In this document: positions 53,102-64,000 of the stretch, one piece after another
Position numbering within the stretch: position 1 is the first letter of the stretch
Layout of the letters: each line of letters begins with the position of its first letter
Assembly (NCBI RefSeq): GCF_963921235.1
Contig: NC_086097.1
Span: 113,338,001-113,402,000 of the forward strand
Source of the DNA: Mobula hypostoma
Lineage: Eukaryota
Direction of reading: 5' to 3'
DNA length: 64,000 nucleotides
Program-made: the position numbers and the translations under genes
The notes under the pieces: generated by a model
Database searches by the model: none
Seen by the model: the letters and a program-made list of their open reading frames with translations, nothing else
Told to the model about the DNA's origin: nothing

Positions 53102-56100
53102 ATGGAGTCTATTATTAATTTTGTCTCCTGGAATACTAATGGTCTTAATCATCCTATTAAAAGGAAAAAAGTTTTTAAAGTGTTCCGGAGACTTAAAGCA
53201 CAAATTTTATTTTTACAAGAGACCCATGTACGGAGGGGGGACAGACTACGTTTTTTCAAATTCTGGAAGGGACAACAATTTCATTCGAACTCCAATGCTA
53301 AGATTCGAGGCGTCTCTATTTTTATAGATTCCTCAGTTACTTTTATACAACAGGATATTGTTTCTGATCCGAATGGTAGATTTTTATTGGTTAGTGGTTT
53401 ACTATTTAATAAAAAAGTAGTTTTGGTTAATGTTTATGCTCCTAATATGGATTGTCCGGAATTTTATAAATCATTGTTCGATCAGTTTCCGAATTTGAAC
53501 GAGTTTTCATTGATCTGGGGTGGAGATCTTAATACCTGTTTGTCTCCAGCTTTGGACCGTTCGGCTCCTTTACGGACTTTACCTAATAAATCTGCAAATC
53601 TGATTAATTTTTTCCTTTCTGATTCTGGGTCGACGGACATTTGGCGTTTTCTGCATCCTCAGGAAAAAGATTTTTCCTTCTTTTCACATGTTCATCATTC
53701 CTATTCAAGAATTGATTATTTTTTCATTGATTCTCGTCTTATTCCTTCAGTGATTAAATGTGATTATGATTCTATAACCATTTCGGATCATGCTCCACTT
53801 AAGCTTTCTATTAAAATTATGGCCAATATACCGAATAATAGACAATGGCGTTTTAATTCGCTGTTGCTTCAGGACTCGGACTTTGTTAATTTTATGAATG
53901 AACAGATTGAGCTTTTTTTTACAATTAACCATATAGAAGATATTTCGGTTAACACTCTTTGGGACACTTTTAAAGCCTATATTCGGGGTCAGATTATTTC
54001 GTATTCTGTTGCTTTGAGGAAGAAACAGAAGTAGGAGGAGATGGTAATTGTGGACAAGATTAAAGAAATTGATAAGAAATATGTTATGGCTCCTTCTGAG
54101 GAGTTATATAAACAAAGAACTGAACTTCAAATGGAACACAGTTTACTACTCTCGTCCTCGATTGTAAACCAATTAAAGAAAACAAGAAGTGACTTTTATG
54201 CTCACAGTGACAAAATTGGCAAGCTGCTGGCTAATCAATTGAAATCTAATTATGTTAAATCTCAAATCAATCAGATTTATAACCAAAATGATCGATTGAT
54301 ACTGGATCATTTGGGGATTAACCAAACCTTTTGTGATTTTTATTCTTCTTTATATCAATCAGAGTCTCCTCGAGATTCTAAATATATGAATGATTTTTTA
54401 GATAAGTTAGACTTCCCTCAGATTTCATAGGATATGTCTTCCTTATTAGATACTTCCATTACAATGGATGAGATTAAGAATGTTATTTTTTCTATGAATC
54501 TGGGGAAAGCTCCTGGCCCTGATGGGTTTACCGTTGAATTTTATAAATGTTTTGCTTCTTTATTGATTCCTTGGCTCGGTAGGGTTTTTGAGGCTTCTTT
54601 GAAACTTGGTAAACTTCCTGAATCTTTTAATAGAGCATCAATTTCTCTAATATTAAAGAAGGATAAAGACCCTGCTCAATGTGCATCTTATAGACCAATA
54701 TCTTTATTAAATGTTGATTCTAAAGTTTTTTCTAAGTTATTAGCAAATAGACTAGAAAAAGTACTTCCTTCTATTATTTCGGAGGACCAAACGGGTTTTA
54801 TTAAAGGTCGTTACTCTTTTTATAATATTCGTACATTGTTAAATATCGTTTATACTCCCTCACAAAATGTTCCTGAGTGTGTTACTTCTTTAGATGCCGA
54901 GAAAGCTTTTGATAGAGTAGAATGGCCTTATTTATTTAAGGTGCTTGAAATGTTTAATTTTAGCTTGAGATTTATATCCTGGATTAAACTGTTATATCAC
55001 TCCCCTGTAGCCTCGGTTCGTACTAACTCTTTAAACTCACCTTTTTTTCCTCTCTTTCGTGGTACTCGACAAGGCTGTCCTCTTAGTCCCCTATTATTTG
55101 ATATTGCATTAGAACCTCTTGCAATTGCTATTCGAGAATCTTCAAATATTACTGGGATAACTCGGGGATTAAAGTCCCATAAATTATCACTCTATGCTGA
55201 TGATTTACTTTTATATATCTCTAATCCTGAGAGATCCATTCCTGCTGTTTTAGAGTTATTAGCACAATTTGGTCTTTTCTCAGGTTATAAATTAAATCTT
55301 AGTAAGAGTGAACTTTTTCCGATTAATAAACATCTTCCCCTATATTATAAATTTCCATTTAAATTGATTAATAATTACTTTTCATATCTTGGGATTAAAA
55401 TTACTTGTAAATACAAAGATTTATTTAAGACTAACTTTTTACCATTAATAGACCATATTACTCAACTTTCATCTAAATGGTTTCCTTTATATTTAACTTT
55501 GATTGGTCGTATTAATGCGGTTAAGATGTCTTTTTTGCCAAAATTTTTATATGTGTTTCAGGCATTACCAATTTTCGTTCCAAAATCTTTTTTTGATAAA
55601 GTTGACTCTAAAATTTCTTCATTTATTTGGCAGAATAAGAATCCGAGACTGGGTAAAATACATTTACAGAAAGCTAAGAGAGATGGAGGTTTAGCATTAC
55701 CTAACTTTAGATTCTATTATTGGGCTATTAATATTCGACATATGAAATTTTGGTTACTTGACCAGGACATACTATCTATTCCTAAATGGGTAGCATTGGA
55801 ATTACAATCGGTTCAGGGTTATACACTTGGTTCTATTTTAGGCTCCTCTCTCCCTTTTGATTCGAAACGTCTTAAGCAGGTCTCTAACCCGATAGTTAAA
55901 TATGCTTTGCGCATTTGGTTTCAATTCAGAAAATTTTTTGATCTTAATCAATTCGGGTTAGCGATTCCTATTTTAGGTAACATATTTTTTCCTCCCTCTT
56001 TTACGGATCGCGCTTTTCAAACTTGGAAGACTAAGGGTATTTTACGGTTTTTGGATTTATTTTTAGATGGTTCCCTTATGTCTTTTGAACAATTATCTAA

Positions 56101-56875
56101 TAAATATAACTTATCAAGAATACATTTTTTTAGATATTTACAAGTTAGAAATTTCCTAAGTACTATACTTTCTTCCTTTCCAATGCTTCCTCCTACATAT
56201 ATTTTAGATTCGATAATTAACCTTAATCCATGTCAGAAAGGTGCATCGGCTATGATTTATAATATTATTATGAAACTTAGGAAAGCTCCATTTGATAAGA
56301 TTAGGGTAGATTGGGAACAGGAATTGGGGCTTACCATTTCTGTGGATGATTGGGGGCAGATTTTACAATTAGTTAATACTTCCTCTATTTGTGCTAAACA
56401 TTCCCTAATTCAATTTAAAGTGGTTCATAGAGCACATATGTCCAAAGATAAGTTAGCGCGTTTTTACTCGCATATTAATCCTTTCTGTGATAGATGTTCG
56501 GGGCAGATAGCCTCTTTAACTCATATGTTTTGGTCTTGCCCTGCTTTGGAAACTTTTTGGAGAGATATTTTCAATATTATTTCTAAGGTATTAAATATAG
56601 ATATCTCTCACCCTATTACTGCTATCTTTGGACTACCTAAAATTTCTAGTAATCTTTCCCCTTCAGCCCGTAGAATGATTGCATTTCTTACTTTAATGGC
56701 GAAAAGATGTATTTTACAACATTGGAAAGAGCTTAATGCTCCAACTACCTTTTTTTGGTTTTCTCAGACGATTTTATGTTTGAATTTGGAGAAAATTAGA
56801 AGTAACGTTTATGATTCTTCATTTAAATTTGAACAGATTTGGGGACCTTTTATTCGATATTTTCATTTAATGTAA
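53102..56875 (+). pseudogene. L1 ORF2p (APE-RT-CCHC; internal TAG at 54032 and 54428)
   Basis: [46 protein letters not shown]; single frame. Confidence 0.95.
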
Positions 56876-58104
56876 TACTTACCCTTCTTGTTTTTTTTTC
56901 ACTGTTTTTAATGGAGGTCGGGATTGAGGACGTGATTTTAAGTTTAACTCTGTTTGGTTTCAAGTTAGCCCATTGCTTTGCTTTGCTTTTAGTTAGCTGC
57001 ACGGTGGGTTTTTTTTGGGGGGTTTTTTTTTCTTTTTCTTTCCATTGATATATATAAAATTTAGTATACTATTATGTTATCTTGGTTTCTTATGTTTAAA
57101 TTACATTGTTTGTAGTAATTTCTTTTTGGTATTGATATCTTTTGGAATTTTATTATACTTTAACATTGTATTAATGTTTATATGGCTTACCTTTTTTGTA
57201 TACTTACTCAATAAAAAGATTTAAAAAGAAAGAAAGAAAGAAATACAGAATAACAATTTCCTTTGAAAAAGTCAGTAAAGTGGTTGATATGAAAAATATA
57301 ACAGCCAAAAACAGAGAAAAGTGCTTCTGTGATTTGGAGTTAAAGCGTGTTTTTGCAGAACAACACAAGTAATTTCACAATATATTCAACCAATGATTCA
57401 ACTGAAGTATGTACCAATCTCTGGCAATGACAAGCATAATCTTGGTGACACTAACATTTAAAGCACAGGCATATCTCCAAGAAACAGAACCACATAAACA
57501 TTATAATGCAACAGAAGCATTGGCATCAACATATAGCCAAGTCTAACCTGGGCTACCTTTTTAAAATGACACGGTATAAATTCCTACAATATAGCTGGAT
57601 GTGAAGGTCAATTAAAAACCTATAACAAACTTGTACATTTTAATGAATGACTTCCATTACGCCCTAAGATACATCTGGTTAATGGTGAAAAAGTTTTCAG
57701 GTGTTAAAAGGTAAAGCACTTATTGCGGTCAGCATAGCTTCTGGCCACTCTTGTAATCTCTATATGGGCAATCCAATTCAGTTTCTGCTCCATGGTGGCC
57801 ATTAGCAATTCAAAACAATGCCAAGGAGAGACGGACATACCATAACTTGAGGCAGATCATCATTGGAAACAACTTTAAACATGGTAGATCACCAGTAAAT
57901 ATTTGTACTTCAAACCCCATGATGGCAGGACAGTCATTGATATGCTAACTGCAGATGGTTAGGCCTACTAACCTGTCCTGAGAAATTTCTGTAGCTAAGT
58001 CCATGGACTGGGGTGATCAATTTCTAATTCTCCGAATTATATTCCTTAGCAGAGTAGAAGTCCACTCAGTACAGTGATCCCCTCTTGATCGAAAATCTAC
58101 AGAA

Positions 58105-58950
58105 ACTAGGCATCTGTACCTCCCTCTGCAATTGGAACCTCAACTTCCTAACAGGAAGACCATAATCTGTGTGGACTGGTAATAACATCTCCTCTTGCTG
58201 AAGACCAACACTGGTACACATCAGGGAGGTGTGCTTAGCCCACTACTCAACTCTCTCTATACCCAGGACTGTGTGGGTAAGCATAGCTCAAATGCCATCT
58301 ATAAATTTGCTGACGATACAACCATTGTTGGCAGAATCTCAGATGGAGATGAGGTGGTGTACAGGAGTGAGATAAACCAGCTAGTTGAGTGGTGTCACAG
58401 CAACAACCTTGCACTTCACTTCAATAAGACCCAAGAGCTGATTGTGGACTTCAGAAAGGGCAAGATGAGAGAACGCAAATCAATCCTCAAAGGGATCAGA
58501 GGTGGAGAGAGTGAGAGATTTCAAGTTCCTGGGTACTAATATCTCTGAAGATCTGATCTAGTCCCAACATATCGATGAAGCTATTAAGGAGGCAAGACAG
58601 CAGCTACATTTCGTTAGGAGTTTGAGGAAATTTGGTTTGTTACATAAAACACTCAAAAACTTCTACAGATGTACCATGGAGAACATTCTGACAGGTTGCA
58701 TCACTGTCTGGTATGGTTTGCGGTGAGGCTATTGCACAGGATCGTAAGAAGCTACAGAAAGTTGTAAAATTAGTCAGCTCCATCATGGGTACCAGCCTCT
58801 GTAGTATCTACGACATCTTCAAAGAACGGTGCCTTATAAAGTCAGCATCCATTATTAAGGACCCTCATCACCCAGAACATGCCCTCTTCTCATTGTTGCC
58901 ATCAGGAAGGAAATACAGAAGCCTGAAGGCACACACTCAGTGATTCAGGA
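58105..58950 (+). mobile_element. Rex1/Babar-like LINE RT fragment interrupted by CR1
   Basis: QGGVLSPLL, KFADDTTIVGRISDG, KTQELIVDFRK, FSLLPSGRKYRSL. Confidence 0.88.
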
Positions 58951-60240
58951 ACATAGAAACATAGAAAATAGATGCAGAAGTAGGCTATTCAGCCCTTCAA
59001 GCCTGCACTGCCATTCAGTATGATCATGGCTAATCATCCAACTCAGAATCCTGTACCTGCCTTCTCTCCATACGTCCTGATCCCTTTAGCCACAAGGGCC
59101 ATATCTAACTCCCTCTTAAATATAGCCGATCCAGTCTTTCATCATATGAAAGTCCTGCCATCCCAGGAATCAATCTGGTGAACCTTCTTTGTACTCCCTC
59201 TATGGCAAGAATGTCTTTCCTCAGATTAGGGGACCAAAACTGCACACAATACTCCAGGTGTGGTCTCACCAAGGCCTTGTACAACTGCAGTAGTACCTCC
59301 TTGTTCCTGTACTCGAATCCTCTTGCTATGAATGCCAGCATACCATTCGCCTTTTTCACCACCTGCTGTACCTGCATGCCCATTTTCAATGACTGGTGTA
59401 CAATGACACCCAGGTCTCGTTGCACCTCCCCTTTTCCCAATCGGCCACCATTCAGATAATAATCTGTTTTCCTGTTCTTGCCACCAAAGTGGATAATCTC
59501 ACATTTATCCACATTAAATTGCATCTGCCATGAATTTGCCCACTCACCCAACCTATCCAAGTCACCCTGCATCCTCTTAGCATCCTCCTCACAGCTAACA
59601 CTGCCACCCAGCTTCGTGTCATCCGCAAACTTGGAGATGCTGCTTTTAATTCCCTCATCTAAGTCATTAATATATATTGTAAACAACTGGGGTCCCAGCA
59701 CTGATCCTTGCGGTACCCCACTAGTCACTGCCTGCCATTCTGAAAAGGTCCCATTCATTCCCACTCTTTGCTTCCTCTGTCTGCCAACCAATTCTCTATC
59801 CACATCAATACCATACCCCCAATACCGTGTGCTTTAAGTCTGCACACTAATCTCCTGTGTGGGACCCTGTCAAAAGCCTTTTGAAAATCCAAATATACCA
59901 CATCCACTGGTTCTCCCCTTCCACTCTACTAGTTACATCCTCAAAAAATTCTATGAGATTCGTCAGACATGATTTTCCTTTCACAAATCCATGCTGACTT
60001 TGTCTGATGATTTCACCGCTTTCCAAATGTGCTGTTATCACATCTTTGATAACTGACTCTAGCAGTTTCCCCACCATCGATGTTAGGCTAACCGGTCTAT
60101 AATTCCCCGGTTTCTCTCTCCTTCCTTTTTTAAAAAGCGAGGTTACATTAGCCACCCTCCAATCCTCAGGAACTAGTCCAGAATCTAAAGAGTTTTGAAA
60201 AATTATCACTAATGCATCCACTATTTCTTGGGCTACTTCC
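58950..60240 (-). mobile_element. CR1 LINE (same family), with a 3' internal deletion and frameshifts, interrupted by L1
   Basis: Collinear with the 30594 copy apart from a gap of about 250 bp near 59128. Confidence 0.93.
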
Positions 60241-63200
60241 TTTCTTTTTAAGTCTTTTTATTGAGTAGGTACACAGAAGGTAAACCATATAGGCACGAAT
60301 ACACTGTTAGAATATATTACAGGAAATATTAATACAGAAAAAAATTAATACAGTGCAATTTAAACATAAAATAACAAGGTAATATAATAGTATACTAATT
60401 TTTATATATATCAATAGAAAAAGAAAAAAAAACCCAAAAAAAACCACCGTGCAACTAAACTAAAAAGCAAAGCAAAGCAATGGGCTAACTAGGAAACAAG
60501 TAGAGTTAATGAACTTAAAATCACGTCCTCAAACCCGACCTCCATTAAAAACAGTTAAAAAAAACAAGAAGGGAATATAAATATGGACCGAGAGAAAAAA
60601 AATTACATTAAATGAAAATGTTGAATAAAAGATCTCCAGGTCTGATCGAATTTAACTGAAGAATCACAAAGATTACTTCTAATTTTCTCCAAATTTAAGC
60701 ATAGTATCGTCTGGGAAAACCAAAAAAAAAACGTAGTTGCAGCATTAGTCTCCTTCCAATGTTGTAAAATACATCTTTTCGCCATTAAAGTAAGAAACGC
60801 AATCATTCTACGGGCTGAAGGAGAAAGATTACTGGAAATTTTAGGTAATCCAAAGATAGCAGCAATAGGATGAGGAGAGATATCTATAATCAATACCTTT
60901 GAGATAATATTAAAAATGTCTCTCCAAAACGTTTCCAGAGTAGGACAGGACCAAAACATATGAGTTAAAGAGGCTATCTGCCCCTGACATCTAACACAAA
61001 AAGGATTAATATGAGAATAGAAATGAGCTAATTTATCTTTGGACATATGTGCTCTATGGACAACTTTAAATTGAATTAGGGAATGTTTAGCACAGATAGA
61101 GGAAATATTGACTAGTTGTAAAATCTGCACCCAGTCATCCGCCAAAATAATAAAACCCAATTCCTGTTCCCAATCTGACCTAATCTTATCAAATGGAGCT
61201 TTCCTAAGTTTCATAATAATATTATAAATAATAGCAGTTGCACCTTTTTGACATGGATTAGGGTTAATTATAGTATCTAAAATATATGTGGGAGGGAGCA
61301 TTGGAAAGGAAAAAAAGTATAGTACTTCGGAAATTTCTAACTTGGAGATATCTAAAAAATGTATTCTTAGTAAACTATATTTATTAGATAATTGTTCAAA
61401 AGACATAAGGGAACCATCTAAAAATAAATCCAAAAACCGTGAAATACCCTTAGTCTTCCAAATTTGAAAAGCACGATCCGTGAAAGAGGGAGGAAAAAAC
61501 GTTACCTAAATCAGGGATCGCTAGCCCAAATTGGTTAAGATCGAAAAATTTTCTGAATTGAAACCAAATACGTAAGGTATATTTAATTATCGGGTTACAG
61601 ACCTGTTTGTGGCGTTTCAAATCAAAAGGAAGAGAAGAACCTAAAATAGAGCCAAGTGCATAATCTTGAGCAGATTGTAATTCCAATACTACCCATTTAG
61701 GAATGGATAGTGTATCTTGATCAAGTAACCAAAATTTCATGTGTCGAATATTAATTGCCCAATAATAGAACCTAAAGTTAGGTAATGCTAAACCTCCATC
61801 TCTCTTAGCTTTTTGTAAATGTATTTTACCCAGTCTCGGGTTTTTATTTTGCCAAATAAATGAAGAGATTTTAGAGTCAACTTTATCAAAAAATGATTTT
61901 GGAACAAAAATCGACAATGCCTGAAATATATATAAAAATTTTGGCAGAATAAACATCTTAACTGCATTAATACGACCAATCAAAGTTAACTATAATGGAG
62001 ACCATTTAAATGAAAGTTGAGTAATATGATCAATTAAGGGAAAAAATTAGTCTTAAATAGATGTTTGTGTTTACAAGTAATTTTAATCCCAAGATATGAA
62101 AAATAATTATTAATCAATTTAAACGGAAGGTTATGATACAAGGGAAGTTGCTTATTAATCCGGAAAAGTTCACTCTTACTGAGATTTAACTTGTAACCGG
62201 AAAAGAAACTAAATTGTGCTAATAAATCTAAAGCAGCAGGGATAGATTTTTGAGGATTAGAAATATATAAAAGTAAGTCATCAGCATAAAGTGATACTTT
62301 ATGAGACTTTAAGCCCCAAGTTATCCCAATAATATTTGGAGATTCTCGAATAGCAATTGCAAGAGATTCTAATGCACCTCTTGCAATTGCTATTCGAGAA
62401 TCTTCAAATATTACTGGGATAACTCGGGGATTAAAGTCCCATAAATTATCACTCTATGCTGATGATTTACTTTTATATATTTCTAATCCTGAGAGATCCA
62501 TTCCTGCTGTTTTAGAGTTATTAGCACAATTTGGTCTTTTCTCAGGTTATAAATTAAATCTTAGTAAGTGTGAACTTTTTCCGATTAATAAACATCTTCC
62601 CTTATATTATAAATTTCCATTTAAATTGATTAATAATTACTTTTCATATCTTGGGATTAAAATTACTTGTAAACATAAAGATTTATTTAAGACTAACTTT
62701 TTACCATTAATAGACCATATTACTCAACTTTCATCTAAATGGTTTCCCTTATATTTAACTTTGATTGGTCGTATTAATGCAGTTAAGATGTTTTTTTTGC
62801 CAAAATTTTTATATGTGTTTCAGGCATTACCAATTTTCGTTCCTAAATCTTTTTTTGATAAAGTTGACTCTAAAATTTCTTCATTTATTTGGCAGAATAA
62901 GAATCCGAGACTGGGTAAAATACATTTACAGAAAGCTAAGAGAGATGGAGGTTTAGCATTACCTAACTTTAGATTTTATTATTGGGCTATTAATATTCGA
63001 CATATGAAATTTTGGTTACTTGACCGGGACATACTATCTATTCCTAAATGGGTAGCATTGGAATTACAATCTGTTCAGGGTTATACACTTGGTTCTATTT
63101 TAGGTTCCTCTCTTCCTTTTGATTCGAAACGCCTTAAGCAGGTCTCTAACCCGATAGTTAAATATGCTTTGCGCATTTGGTTTCAATTCAGAAAATTTTT

Positions 63201-64000
63201 TGATCTTAATCAATTCGGGTTAGCGATTCCTATTTTAGGTAACATATTTTTTCCTCCCTCTTTTACGGATCGCGCTTTTCAAACTTGGAAGACTAAGGGT
63301 ATTTTACAAGTAACCTTTATGATTCTTCATTTAAATTTGAACAGATTTGGGGACCTTTTATTCGATATTTTCATTTAATGTAATATTTACCCTTCTTGTT
63401 TTTTCTTCACTGTTTTAATGGAGGTCGGGATTGAGGACGTGATTTTAAGTTTAACTCTGTTTGGTTTCAAGTTAGCCCATTGCTTTGCTTTGCTTTTAGT
63501 TAGTTGCACGGTGGGTTTTTTTTTGGGTTTTTTTTTTTTCTTTTTTTTCCATTGATATATATAAAATCTAGTATACTATTATGTTATCTTGGTTTCTTAT
63601 GCTTAAATTACATTGTTTGTAGTATTTTCTTTTTGGTATTGTTATCTTTTGGAATTTTATTATACTTTAACATTGTATTAATGTTTATATGGCTTACCTT
63701 TTTTGTATACTTACTCAATAAAAAGATTTAAAAAGAAAAAGAAAGAAAGAAAGATTCTAATGCAATGTCAAATAATAAAGGACTAAGAGGACAACCTTGT
63801 CTAGTACCTCGAGAAAGAGGGGAAAAGGGTGAACTTAAAGAGTTAGTACGAACTGAGGCCATAGGAGAATGATATAACAATTTAATCCAGGATATAAATT
63901 TCGAGCTAAAATTAAACATTTCAAGCACCTTAAATAAGTAAGGCCATTCTACTCTGTCAAAGGCTTTTTCAGCATCTAAAGAAATAACTCACTCAGGAAC
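60241..64000 (-). mobile_element. Older L1 (3' part 60241-62376, resumes 63752-64000 and runs out of the window)
   Basis: Frameshifted ORF2 homologous to 53102-56875; AATAAA and GAAA tail at about 60241-60262. Confidence 0.93.
62377..63751 (+). mobile_element. Young 5'-truncated L1 nested in the older L1, with a 754-bp internal deletion
   Basis: 13-bp TSD agattctaatgca (62364-62376 / 63752-63764); near-identical to 55115-57237. Confidence 0.93.

Larger units (their letters stand above)
51325..57237 (+). mobile_element. Full-length L1-clade LINE (about 5.9 kb)
   Basis: 11-bp TSD aagaaatacag (51314-51324 / 57238-57248) at a TTT/AAGA site; 5'UTR, ORF1, spacer, ORF2, AATAAA and (GAAA)n tail. 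Confidence 0.97.

Noticed and set aside
57340..57362. KRVFAE resembling the DCAF13 exon 2 motif ERVFAK
   Set aside because: Wrong strand and no extension of similarity; exons 1-2 were not found in the window.

Overview
Eukaryotic vertebrate DNA, most likely from a cartilaginous fish (ray/shark); the organism is inferred from the repeat families, not shown directly. One host gene spans the window: DCAF13/WDSOF1 (Sof1 homologue, WD40 protein of the U3 snoRNP/SSU processome) on the minus strand. Nine coding exons, equivalent to exons 3-11, were traced with GT-AG sites and consistent phases from 49030 down to the stop codon at 4616; exons 1-2 appear to lie beyond 64000. The introns are packed with transposable elements: young CR1 LINEs (two with open ORF2), a full-length L1 with a TSD, nested L1s, RTE, Rex1/Babar, Penelope-like elements with minimal hammerhead ribozymes, Tc1, pogo/Tigger elements and tRNA-derived SINEs. 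The most unusual features are (i) an L1 inserted into an antiparallel older L1 and 5'-truncated at the position homologous to its own target site, forming a large palindrome; (ii) an intact hammerhead core in the sense strand of a DCAF13 intron plus inverted and tandem degenerate copies; (iii) insertions nested up to four levels deep. No prokaryote-type system (CRISPR etc.) is present.
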